Of a stretch of DNA of 59,441 bases, positions 17,885-27,800 are shown one piece after another. Positions within the stretch are counted from its first letter, which is position 1. Each line of letters opens with the position of its first letter. A model generated the notes under the pieces. That model was not told the DNA's origin. It saw only the letters and a program-made list of their open reading frames with translations, and searched no databases. A program made the translations under genes and the position numbers. Origin of the DNA: Bacteroidales bacterium. GTDB lineage: Bacteria; Bacteroidota; Bacteroidia; Bacteroidales; VadinHA17. The stretch spans positions 1-59,441 of the forward strand of contig JAVEXM010000004.1 in the NCBI GenBank assembly GCA_034004025.1. The letters are read 5' to 3'.

Positions 17885-19495
17885 TTACTGTTTCCAGCGC
17901 GGTGCTCCTGCACTACCCGCTCCCTCAAAATTAACATCCATGAAGGTGAAGTCGCCGTTTAACGGGTCAGTCCACAAAGCAGATGATGTACCGGCATACG
18001 ATATCAGTGAAGCCAGGTACAGTGCATTGATGTCCGTAAAGTCGGCTGTGGCGTACGATCCCGTCACTGTCATGTTCATCGCTCCAAGTCTGACACCGTT
18101 GGCTACAGCACTTGACTGTCCCATGATACAGTCACTTATTGTCATCGTCCCTGCAGATGTTCCTGAGGATCCAAAGTCAATAAACCACCTGCCCGATGAG
18201 GCATCCATTGCGACCTGGTCAAAAGTACAGTTGTCTATTATGACGCTCTCGCACCCGGTTCCTGATCCGTAGTTGATGATGCCGCCACGGATATTATAGA
18301 CAGTTGAGTTGATGAACCTGATATTGACCATTGAGGCATTTGAGTTATTCGGATTTAGCATCCCGTAATGGCTGTCCCAGGCGAAGTCGTACATAACGCA
18401 GTTATTGAACTCAACATGATTTATTACCTGTCCGTCAGCGTGGCCGCGCAGGCGAACCACACTTCGTCCGGAGTTTCTGACAATGCAATTATTGAATATC
18501 AGCGAGCCCAGGCTGACTGATGAGCCTTCGACATCGAACACGCCCCGGTGTTTGGTGTCTCCTACGCCGTCATAAAGACAGGTTATGTCGACATTCTCAA
18601 AGATGACAAAATCGGAAAATGTCATGGCAGGATCAACGTCGAACATGTGGTTTCCGCCGCCCGTCATAAGATATATCGTCGGCAGGTCTTCCGGGAACAG
18701 CCCCCTGATCTTGATGCTGCTCATGATGGTGTCGGTTTCCACCAGGGGATAGTCGGCTCCGTTGGTCAGTACCAGCACTCCGCCGGGAGCCATGGCAGCG
18801 ATAGCTGCAGCGAGGTCCCCTCCTGCCGGCAGCAGAACGTCACCCTCAATGAGAAGGTTGACTCTGCCCCTGACAAAGGTGCCGTTCATGAGTTTCACCT
18901 CATAGTCACCGTTGGGCACTGCCGTCAGCGTCTTTTCTCCGGCAGCGATATCACCGGCCGTAAGGGGATAGGATGTATCACTGCCTCCGGCGGTGAAGAG
19001 CAATGCTGTTGCCGTGGCGCCGGGCTTCCATCTTACTGTGCATTCCCCCAGCCCCGTCATCATGCTCACATAATCAGTGAAAAGGTTTTCCGGTGCAGAC
19101 TTGAATTCAACGGTTCCCCATTTTGATTCTGCCACCCCGCTGAGGGAGCTGACTGATTTGATCCGTGCCGAAAACTGGGTGTCTCCCGCAGGCAGGATGT
19201 AGGTAAAGGAGATAACATCACCCGCCAGCTCCTCTGTAATCAGCAGCGATGCCGGGGCAAAGGCAGTACCCTCGTATATCTCCAGAACATAATGATCAGT
19301 GTTCTTTTCAGCTGTCCATGACAGGGTGACTGTTGTAACGTTACTGATCTGAGCGGTCAACCCGACGGGGGTAAACGCCCGGTCGAAATCAAGTTCCTCT
19401 ATTATCGGCTCAATCTTATCATCGCATGCACTGCAGATGAGAAGGGCAAAGGCCGCCAGGAACAGTGCTGTATTTTTTATTCTCTCTTTCATCAT
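17885..19495 (-). CDS. Surface glycan-binding lipoprotein (FN3-like plus beta-helix, DUF4957/DUF5123-like)
   Basis: Lipobox CSAC followed by acidic DDKIE; FN3-like N-terminus; beta-helix repeats; ends DPLNGDFT..GAPRW; directly downstream of susD. Confidence 0.8.
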   Translation of the reverse strand: MMKERIKNTALFLAAFALLICSACDDKIEPIIEELDFDRAFTPVGLTAQISNVTTVTLSWTAEKNTDHYVLEIYEGTAFAPASLLITEELAGDVISFTYILPAGDTQFSARIKSVSSLSGVAESKWGTVEFKSAPENLFTDYVSMMTGLGECTVRWKPGATATALLFTAGGSDTSYPLTAGDIAAGEKTLTAVPNGDYEVKLMNGTFVRGRVNLLIEGDVLLPAGGDLAAAIAAMAPGGVLVLTNGADYPLVETDTIMSSIKIRGLFPEDLPTIYLMTGGGNHMFDVDPAMTFSDFVIFENVDITCLYDGVGDTKHRGVFDVEGSSVSLGSLIFNNCIVRNSGRSVVRLRGHADGQVINHVEFNNCVMYDFAWDSHYGMLNPNNSNASMVNIRFINSTVYNIRGGIINYGSGTGCESVIIDNCTFDQVAMDASSGRWFIDFGSSGTSAGTMTISDCIMGQSSAVANGVRLGAMNMTVTGSYATADFTDINALYLASLISYAGTSSALWTDPLNGDFTFMDVNFEGAGSAGAPRWKQ

Positions 19496-19507
19496 ATCAT
19501 AGATTTA

Positions 19508-21304
19508 TCAGTACCCATAATCATTTTTCAACATTCCGTTACTGGCATCGATGAACACCTGCCAGATAGGCCAGAACTGGTGGCTGTCCGGATCATTCCT
19601 GAAGAGTGATGTACGCTTGCTTTCCGGGATGGCATCCGGTGTGACCCACTCCTCGAAGCCCGGGTATTCACCTGACATGTCAGCCGTCTCTCCCCTGTTG
19701 AGCCCGTAGATCTCAAGTTTTGTCTTCTGGCCGTCCTCATCGGCAACATACCTGTAATAGAGGTTTGCAGGCACGTCAGAATACTCTCCGGCCAGGTTGC
19801 GCAGGTTATCCATCTTTACCAGGGCCTCATCCATCTTGGAACCCAGCAGGTTCCACCTTATGAGGGCCGATTTGCGCTCCATCTCGCCGCAGAATTCAAA
19901 GGCATGTTCATCCACTATGGCATCAAACATAGCTTCCTTCGAGGTGATGGCATTCAGGTACCCGTCAACCCTGGCAGGCCAGTCGGCGGGGGCAAAGGCT
20001 CTCTGGCGTAAAAGCTTCAGGTAATCCTTCGCACCTGAGAGGTTATTCAGCTCATTTTCAATCTCGGCAGCCATCAGCAGCACCTCGGCATAGCGCAGGT
20101 AGATCTTGTTGAGGCCGTCGTCATTGGTTGATGTTACAAACCTGTTCATCCACTCATAGCGCCATTTGCCGAAGCACCAGTTGCCGAGCGAACGCAGCTC
20201 CTGGGTTGCAACATTGTTCACCGCCGTACCGTACTGATAAGGCACGCAGGTGACATCGCGGCGTGTGTCCTTCACATCAAAATCATAGAAGACAAACGGA
20301 AGGGGACCGGCTGATCCGCCCCTGGGCTGGTCGGTATACTGGTCGGCTGACCTGTGCTGCACGGCAAATGTAAATGCAACACGTCCGCGGCCGGCTGCAA
20401 AGGGTATCTCCCACAGCGATTCTCCACCGGCGGTGAGGTCCTCCTCACACACCAGCCTGAAGACCTTTTCGAAGGTTGTCTCCAGTACTGCTGTCTGGCT
20501 TGTTATGACATCCTTGCACTCCTGCAGGGCTATCGGATAGAGTTTTGCCACTGACAGATCAGGGTCATTGCTCCTCCTTATACCGTCAGGGTATTGCGAA
20601 TAACCTGAGGCCATCAGGCAGAGACGTGCCCTCAGAGCCTTGACAAAAGCCCTGTTGATCCTCTCCACAGACCTGGTTGCTTCAGTCTCGTTTGGCCATG
20701 CCACCAGGGTGGCTGCCTCCTCAAGATCAGCCAGCACCTGCTTATAGACCTCGTCGCGGCTTGACTTTGCAAGGTAGATGGTTGACGAGGAGACAGGCTC
20801 GAAACGGGCCACAACATCACCCCATGCCTTCAGGAGGTCAGCATAGTATATTGACCTGAGCGTCAGGGCTTCGCCAAGGAGCTGCCCCATCTCATTGCCC
20901 GGAGCCGGGTCACCGTACGTCCTGATCCCCCTGATGCAGATATTTGCGCGCTCGATGCCCAGGTACATCATCGCCCAGGCATTGTTGGTAGTATTCATGT
21001 AGGTATTGGTGGCCGAATTCTCATATCTCGCCAGCTCCTGTGTGGGGCCGGTGCCGTCAGACGAGTTGTGCCACTCGATGTCGGTATTGGTCCCGTAATA
21101 GGGAATGAACCTTCCCCTGTATGAGTTGGTCTGCCCCAGCGGTTCCTTGATACCGTCAACAGCCATTGAGGCCAGCGTGGGGTTGGAGAAGATAAGTGAT
21201 TCGTCCAGCGTCGATTGTGACGGAGCCTCCAGAAAGTCCTCGCAGGAGATGAAGAAACAGGCCAGGACCAGGCTTATAATATATATTGCTTTTTTCATGA
21301 TCAT
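19508..21304 (-). CDS. SusD family lipoprotein of the pectin PUL
   Basis: Lipobox FISC-EDFLE; GEALTLRS.YY.DL...WGDV, LRYAEVLLMAAE, EFCGE and terminal NDYGY. Confidence 0.95.
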   Translation of the reverse strand: MIMKKAIYIISLVLACFFISCEDFLEAPSQSTLDESLIFSNPTLASMAVDGIKEPLGQTNSYRGRFIPYYGTNTDIEWHNSSDGTGPTQELARYENSATNTYMNTTNNAWAMMYLGIERANICIRGIRTYGDPAPGNEMGQLLGEALTLRSIYYADLLKAWGDVVARFEPVSSSTIYLAKSSRDEVYKQVLADLEEAATLVAWPNETEATRSVERINRAFVKALRARLCLMASGYSQYPDGIRRSNDPDLSVAKLYPIALQECKDVITSQTAVLETTFEKVFRLVCEEDLTAGGESLWEIPFAAGRGRVAFTFAVQHRSADQYTDQPRGGSAGPLPFVFYDFDVKDTRRDVTCVPYQYGTAVNNVATQELRSLGNWCFGKWRYEWMNRFVTSTNDDGLNKIYLRYAEVLLMAAEIENELNNLSGAKDYLKLLRQRAFAPADWPARVDGYLNAITSKEAMFDAIVDEHAFEFCGEMERKSALIRWNLLGSKMDEALVKMDNLRNLAGEYSDVPANLYYRYVADEDGQKTKLEIYGLNRGETADMSGEYPGFEEWVTPDAIPESKRTSLFRNDPDSHQFWPIWQVFIDASNGMLKNDYGY

Positions 21305-21317
21305 ACTGTTAAATCAT

Positions 21318-24300
21318 TTAAAATGACAGATTTATTCCAAACAGGAGTTGCCTGCTCTTTGGATATGCAGAGTAATCAACGCCGGGGGTGAGTCCGGTAT
21401 TCCGCCTGGAGGATACCTCGGGATCAAAGCCCGAATAGTTGGTCAGAATAAACACATTGTACGCCGAGACATAGAGCCTGACGTTCTGCAGGTAGACCTT
21501 GCTCAGAACCGCCGAGGGAATCGTATAACCCAGCGAGAGCGTGTTCAGTCTCAGGAATGAACCGTCTTCAACAGCCCAGTCGCTGAAGACATGCCTGGTC
21601 ATGTAAGGTGACCACATTGTAGTATTTGCATTCATGGACTGCAGCGTTGCAGGGTCATTGACCAGGTTGCCTTCAGCGTCAACATTGGTCCACCTGTTGC
21701 CCTCAGCCATGATGTCAATCATGTTCCTGAACTGGTATCTTGCACTGGTGTATTCAATCTTGTTCGCATTGTAGATGTCGTTACCGTAGCTCCAGTTGAA
21801 CACTGCAGAGAGATCAAACCCGTACAGCCTTCCGTCAACGGTGAAACCTCCGGTATGCAGTGGGTTGGCATCCCCGATGATAACACAGTCATCGACATTA
21901 ACAAGTCCCTCGCCAGTGTTGTCAACCAGTTTCAGAGTCCCTGGTCTCAGTGATCCGACAACCGGAGAGGAGTCATCTACTCCCTCTTTCAGGATCCAGG
22001 TATCAGTTGCTTCATCATAGCCGGTAAAGTCTGAGACCTCATACCGTCCGGCATTCTGATAACCGATCATCTGCCCCACGGAACCACCTACGGCAACCCA
22101 GTAATCGTTCCCGATCTCCGTTGAAGCCCAGGAGGTGTTCATGCCGAAATCGTCCATGATCCCCAGGGATACAATCTTATTCCTGTTAAATCCAATATTG
22201 AATCCCATTGTGAGACCATATTTTGGCTTGTTGGCAGCAACCCAGTTCAGCGACAGCTCAAGCCCCCTGTTTTCTGTCTCACCCATGTTTCTGTACTGGG
22301 TGGAATACCCTGTCCCGGATACGGGGAAGTTGATCAGAAGGTCTTTTGTCGTATTGTAATAGAGTTCAAACGCACCGTAGAGGGTCCCTCTGAAAAAGCC
22401 AAAGTCAAGGCCGGCATTCCTGGTATAGGTGGTTTCCCACTTAAGCTCCGGATTGGCCATGGTCGTTGAAGGAGACCAGTAATTCATTACATTATTTATA
22501 TAGGAAGTAGCACTTGAATTAAATACCTGTGCAATCTGGTTCGCGGGAATGTTGTTATTTCCTGCGGTCCCATAGCTGAAGCGGACTTTCAGGTTATTGA
22601 TGAAGGAGATCCCTTTCATGAAGTTCTCTTCCGAGATGCGCCATGCGATGGCTGCTGACGGGAAATAACCCCAGCGGTTGCCCTGCGCAAACTTGCTGGA
22701 ACCGTCGGCTCTGAAAGTTGCAGAAATCAGGTATCTTCCCTTAAAGTCATACATAGCCCTTCCGAAGAATGAGAGCAGCTTTTCGTCCGGATTAAAGGTG
22801 TTGGAATAGAGGTAAGTGCCTCCCTGGCTTGATAGTTTGTAAGCCTCTTCAGAGGTGAAGAAGTCAGGGAAACCCCAGATTGTATTCACTGCCGTATTTG
22901 ATGTGCCATGAATAAGTTCATGGCCCAGCAGTAACTTCACGGAATGGCCGGATGTCCCAAGCAAATTCCTGAAATCATAATTTAGGGTGTTTGTATTCCT
23001 GAGGGTCCTGTTTTGTCTTTGTGTAGACTCAACGGCCGGCATATTCTGGTAGTCGACTGACGGAGTATTCTTGACATAATATGTCGTCAGCCCGTAGAAT
23101 CTGTCATCAATTCTGCCCAGGCTTCCCAAACCGACTTCTGTTTTGAGCTGGAGATTATCAATGATATTCCATGCAAAGCTTCCGCCCATGAGGTAACGTG
23201 TTTGTTTCTGCTGGCGGTCGTTATCGGCTACCGCTTCAAGAGGATTGACCATGGAGGTTGAGACCTCCTGGTCATCATAATCGCCCATAGCCGTAAAAGG
23301 GGTGGGCCCGAAGACCATAGTCTGCTTAACCCTCGCGTCATTCGGGGTGGCGTTGGACTGATCGGTACCACCGGCACCTCCGATGTTGGTATCTGAATAA
23401 CGAAGAGAGAACGAAAGCTCAATCTTGTCGTTCGGCCTGTGGTCGAGCTTAAGGGAGACATTATCTCGCCTGTATGCCGAGTTGAGCATGATCTCATCAC
23501 TGTTGATCCCGGCATAGCCAACCGAATACCTGAACTTTTCCGATCCGCCTGTAACATTAAGGTCGTGATTGAATGTGTGTCCGATATGCCCGAATACCTG
23601 CTCGAACCAGTTGATACCTGGCTGACCCCTGTAGAGATCAATATCCTGGTAAAGTCCGAAGAATTTTTCATAGTTCTCGAGGTCATCCGACAGAAGGGCG
23701 TATTCATACTGCCAGTTGACATAATCTTCCACTCCCAGGGAAGTGAGTTGGTTTGCCACCTTCTTGAATCCGTACCAGGCATTATAATTTACGGTGACCT
23801 TACCTGCCACGCCGCTTTTGGTAGTAATAATAATAACACCATTGGCACCTCTGGATCCGTAAATGGCTGTTGAAGAGGCATCTTTGAGAACATCAATGGA
23901 TTGTATCTCAGACGCCGGTATATCATTAATAGACGATACCGGGAATCCGTCAACGATAAACATCGGGGTGTTGTCCTGGGTTATGGAGCCTCCTCCCCTG
24001 ACGCGAATCCTTACCTCTGCATCGGGCGAGCCTTCAGTCGTCAGCACCTGGACGCCTGCCATCTTACCCGTCAGTGCTTCCGCAGCAGAAGAGACGGGAA
24101 TTGTTGTCAGGTCTTCACCCTTTACGGATGCTACCGAACCGGTGATATCCCTCTTTGCAACGGTTCCATACCCGATGACCACTATCTCATCAAGCAGGCT
24201 GCTTGAGGTTCTCATCTCCACGGCAATATTTGCCCTGCCCTGTACCGGCACCTCCAGCGGCTCATAGCCGACATAGGAGAAGGCAAGTACGGCATCCGGC

Positions 24301-24551
24301 GGACAGTCCGTCATGGTAAACTGACCGTTAATATCAGTGACCACACCCCGGATAGTCCCTTTGATGACCACATTCACTCCGATCATTGCTTCTTCCGTCC
24401 CGCTATCGGCGACTGTTCCTCTCACGGTTATGTTCTGTGAAAAGGCAGTCAGGGAAATCACAAGCATGGCAATGACCAGGCAGGCCCTGATACCGCCTTG
24501 AGGGCGGTAAAGGGATCTTCTGATTTCAAAGATTGATTTTGACATAGACAA
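21318..24551 (-). CDS. SusC TonB-dependent transporter of the pectin PUL
   Basis: IDVLKDASSTAIYGSRGANGVIIITTK, FRADGSSKF, NPELKWETT, VEDGSFLRL and terminal Phe. Confidence 0.96.
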   Translation of the reverse strand: MSMSKSIFEIRRSLYRPQGGIRACLVIAMLVISLTAFSQNITVRGTVADSGTEEAMIGVNVVIKGTIRGVVTDINGQFTMTDCPPDAVLAFSYVGYEPLEVPVQGRANIAVEMRTSSSLLDEIVVIGYGTVAKRDITGSVASVKGEDLTTIPVSSAAEALTGKMAGVQVLTTEGSPDAEVRIRVRGGGSITQDNTPMFIVDGFPVSSINDIPASEIQSIDVLKDASSTAIYGSRGANGVIIITTKSGVAGKVTVNYNAWYGFKKVANQLTSLGVEDYVNWQYEYALLSDDLENYEKFFGLYQDIDLYRGQPGINWFEQVFGHIGHTFNHDLNVTGGSEKFRYSVGYAGINSDEIMLNSAYRRDNVSLKLDHRPNDKIELSFSLRYSDTNIGGAGGTDQSNATPNDARVKQTMVFGPTPFTAMGDYDDQEVSTSMVNPLEAVADNDRQQKQTRYLMGGSFAWNIIDNLQLKTEVGLGSLGRIDDRFYGLTTYYVKNTPSVDYQNMPAVESTQRQNRTLRNTNTLNYDFRNLLGTSGHSVKLLLGHELIHGTSNTAVNTIWGFPDFFTSEEAYKLSSQGGTYLYSNTFNPDEKLLSFFGRAMYDFKGRYLISATFRADGSSKFAQGNRWGYFPSAAIAWRISEENFMKGISFINNLKVRFSYGTAGNNNIPANQIAQVFNSSATSYINNVMNYWSPSTTMANPELKWETTYTRNAGLDFGFFRGTLYGAFELYYNTTKDLLINFPVSGTGYSTQYRNMGETENRGLELSLNWVAANKPKYGLTMGFNIGFNRNKIVSLGIMDDFGMNTSWASTEIGNDYWVAVGGSVGQMIGYQNAGRYEVSDFTGYDEATDTWILKEGVDDSSPVVGSLRPGTLKLVDNTGEGLVNVDDCVIIGDANPLHTGGFTVDGRLYGFDLSAVFNWSYGNDIYNANKIEYTSARYQFRNMIDIMAEGNRWTNVDAEGNLVNDPATLQSMNANTTMWSPYMTRHVFSDWAVEDGSFLRLNTLSLGYTIPSAVLSKVYLQNVRLYVSAYNVFILTNYSGFDPEVSSRRNTGLTPGVDYSAYPKSRQLLFGINLSF

Positions 24552-24604
24552 GTTGATTAGGGTTGTTATTAATTGGTTTAACTGTTAGCCATGATTACCG
24601 CTCC

Positions 24605-24712
24605 TCAAAAAATGATCAGCATGAAGATCACAATCGCAATGATCAGGCCCATGGAGACAAAAATGATAAGCCAGTTAATTCTTTTCAGCCTCGGGTCTGT
24701 TGTTCGGTTCAC
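24605..24712 (-). CDS. Putative 35-aa single-TM microprotein (below the ORF-track cutoff)
   Basis: Manual translation from GTG 24712 to TGA 24605 gives MNRTTDPRLKRINWLIIFVSMGLIIAIVIFMLIIF; ATAAA precedes the start. Confidence 0.5.
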   Translation of the reverse strand: MNRTTDPRLKRINWLIIFVSMGLIIAIVIFMLIIF

Positions 24713-24732
24713 TTTATGCCGGAAATTGCATT

Positions 24733-24819
24733 ATGAAAGTTATGACAAACCTGCGAGAGGGGATGCCGTCAACTTCCCAAACAGGCGTGGCATACTTCCC
24801 GCAGCGGGCAATATTTCCC
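24733..24819 (-). promoter_or_regulatory. PUL promoter region with -7-like element and candidate HTCS direct repeats
   Basis: Minus-strand TAACTTTCAT at 24742-24733; three GGGAA repeats (plus-strand TTCCC at 24774, 24796 and 24815). Confidence 0.45.
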
Positions 24820-24839
24820 AAAAAGGGGGGCTGTTTTTC

Positions 24840-27800
24840 TCAAGCCTGTCCCTTGCGGCGGATGTACTCCGAGGCACTCATGCCAAACTCACGGCTGAAA
24901 CATTTTCTGAAGTGCGACAGATCCCGGAAGCCAGTTGCAAAAGCCACCTCGCTCACCGACATCTTTTTTTCGAGCAGCAGCTGTGATGCCCTCTTAAGCC
25001 TTATACTGCGAACAAACTCCTTGACAGTCATGTTGGTAAGGGCGTCGAACTTGCGGTAGAGCTGCATCCTGCTCACACCCGTTGCAGCAGCAAAACTCTC
25101 AATGTCAAAGTCGGGATTGGAGATATTCTTTTCAACAACCTCCATAGCCTTCACCAGGAATTTCTCATCGGGTGATGTCACCGTGACCCCGGAAGGCCTG
25201 AGGATCATCTCCCGGGTGTATTTGTCCCTGAGTGCCCTACGCAGGGAGAGCATGTTCTCCACCTTCGTCTGAAGTACTGAGATGTCAAACGGTTTTGTAA
25301 TGAAATCATCGGCACCGTGCGACAGACCCTCGATCTCGTGCTCCCTGGAGTGAAGCGCTGTTAACAGCAGCAGGGGAATGTGGGAGGTGCGCTCATCCTT
25401 CTTAATACGCCGGCAGAACTCATAGCCGTCAACATCAGGCATAAGTATGTCGCTGATGATCACATCAGGGATGACCTGCAGCGCCAGCTCCCATCCCTCC
25501 TGTCCGTTCTTTGCCTCGAAAACCCTGAATGAGGATTCAAAATGGCTCCTGATGAAATATCTGACATCGGGATTATCCTCCACAATGAGCATGATCCTTG
25601 CCTCACTCCTCTCGGTCATCTCCTCCCCGGCTCTGGAGTGCAACGCCATTGCTTTTCCTTCGCATTCATCGACTTCATCTTCGGCCGGCCCCTCACCGGG
25701 AAGAGAGGTCTCATAGGGCAGCCTGACGGTGAATTTGGAACCTTTGCCCGGCTTGCTGATGACGAAGACATCACCGCCGTGAAGCTTAACCAACTCCCTG
25801 ACCAGCGAGAGGCCGATGCCTGTACCTGCACTCTCATGCTGCTCATCAGCACGGAAGAACCTGTTGAATATCTTGTCAATGTTTTTTTCCTCAATACCCC
25901 GGCCGCTGTCTTTGACCGATATCTCTACAAACTGCTTCTCAGGTTCATTGCTCAGTAACTCACCGTCCTCAGCAGCAAAGACCAGTGAGAGATGAACTGT
26001 CACCGCGCCGCCCTGCCCCGTGTATTTCATGGCATTGGAAAGCAGGTTGTTCAGTATCGTCTCTACCTTGTCAGGGTCAAAAACGGCAATGAGCTTCTTC
26101 TTCAGCGTGTTGAACCTGAGTGTTATCTGTTTCTCCCTGGCATACTCCTCAAACGAACGGACCACATCTGAAACCAGCGTCACCATGTCATGGCTGGTCA
26201 CCTCGAGCTTCAGGTTGCCGGCCTCAAGCTTGCGGAAGTCGAGCAACTGGTTGATGAGCCGGTCAAGATGCTTGGTGTTGCGGTAAACCACATCCAGGTG
26301 GGAGTGCACCTCCTCCTCCGGAACCGTACCGGAAACAAGTTTCTCCAGTGGACTGAGAATAAGTGTCAGCGGGGTGCGGATCTCATGCGAGATATTGGTA
26401 AACAGCCTCAGCTTAAGCATATCCAGCTCGTGCAGGTTTCTGGCCCTGCTCCTTTCAGATACAAGCTCATTCTTTATCTTCTCACGGTTGATTATAAACC
26501 TGACCAGCATGTAGATAAGTATCGCAATCAGCCCGAAGACAATGGCGCGGAACCACCATGTCATCCAAAACCTGGGAAGCACGGTGATATTCAATGTTAG
26601 TTCATCGTCTCCCGGCGGGTTGCCGGGAAGGATCCGTCTTACACGGAATATGTAGTCATCGGGATTAAGGTTGGTGTATGTTACACTTCGGGTGAGGCTT
26701 GGCTCACTCCACTCCCTGTCAAATCCCTCAAGAGTGTAAGAGTAAAGGGTGCTGCCGCTGTGAGCGAAGTCAAGAGCTGCGAACTGAAGTGTGATTACAT
26801 TCTGGTCATAGCGCAGCACAATGTGGTCCGTTTCTGAAATACTCTTCGTGAGAATGGCATCCCTGGCGTCGCTGACCTCCAACGGCCTGTTGAAGATCCT
26901 CAACTCGGTGAAGAGAAGGGGAACGGGGATATCCTCGTCTACTATCTCTGACGGATTGAACATGTTGAACCCGGACAGGCCTCCGAAAAGCAGCTCACCG
27001 TTGTCAGACCGGTATGCCGCGCCGTAGCTGAACTGATCATTCATCAGGCCTTCTCTCCTGGTGAAATTGCGAAACTGCCCTGTCACACGGTTGTATCTTG
27101 ACAGTCCCCGGGTAGTGCTTATCCATAGATTACCGCTCTCATCTTCCAGTATGCACAACGACTGATTATTTGCCAGACCGTCATTCTCACTGAGGTACCT
27201 TACAGCTCCCTCCTCCTTATTATACAAAGCTATGCCGCGATCAAGGGTGGCGATCCAGAAACCGTGGCCGGAGTCTTCAAGGAATGACCTGGAGTGTTCG
27301 GGGTGCCTGATGACATTTTCATTTACCGGGTCATAAATGATCACCTCGTCAGGGGTTCCGAGCCAGATATGCTTTTCGCTGTCCATGCTTATCCAGTTTA
27401 CCTGACTGTTGGACACTATCTCGGTATAACGGTCAAAAGAGTCAGTGGAAGGGTCATAGCGATCGATGCCGGCACTGCTGCCTACCCAGATGCCCCCGCC
27501 GTCGTCACGACAGAGAGCCCAGACCCTGTTGTCGGAAAGGGAAGAGGGATCACCGGCAACATGACTGTAGTTCCTGATCTTTCCTGTTTTCAGGTTCAGC
27601 ACATCAATGCCTCCCCAGAATGTGCCAATCCACAGGTTACCCTGGCCGTCATCAAGCATCGCCTTTATACAGTTCTGCGACAGCGAGTTGGGATTTCCGA
27701 CATCCGAGGTGAGGTATTCAAAGGTACCGCTGGCCGGGTCATAGATGTTGATGCCCCCGTCTTCGGTGCCGACCCAGATCCGCTCTCTGTCATCGATCCA

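Noticed and set aside
24591..25059. Plus-strand ORFs of 131 and 119 aa
   Set aside because: Antisense to the HTCS end, the PUL promoter and the microprotein; no recognisable protein features.
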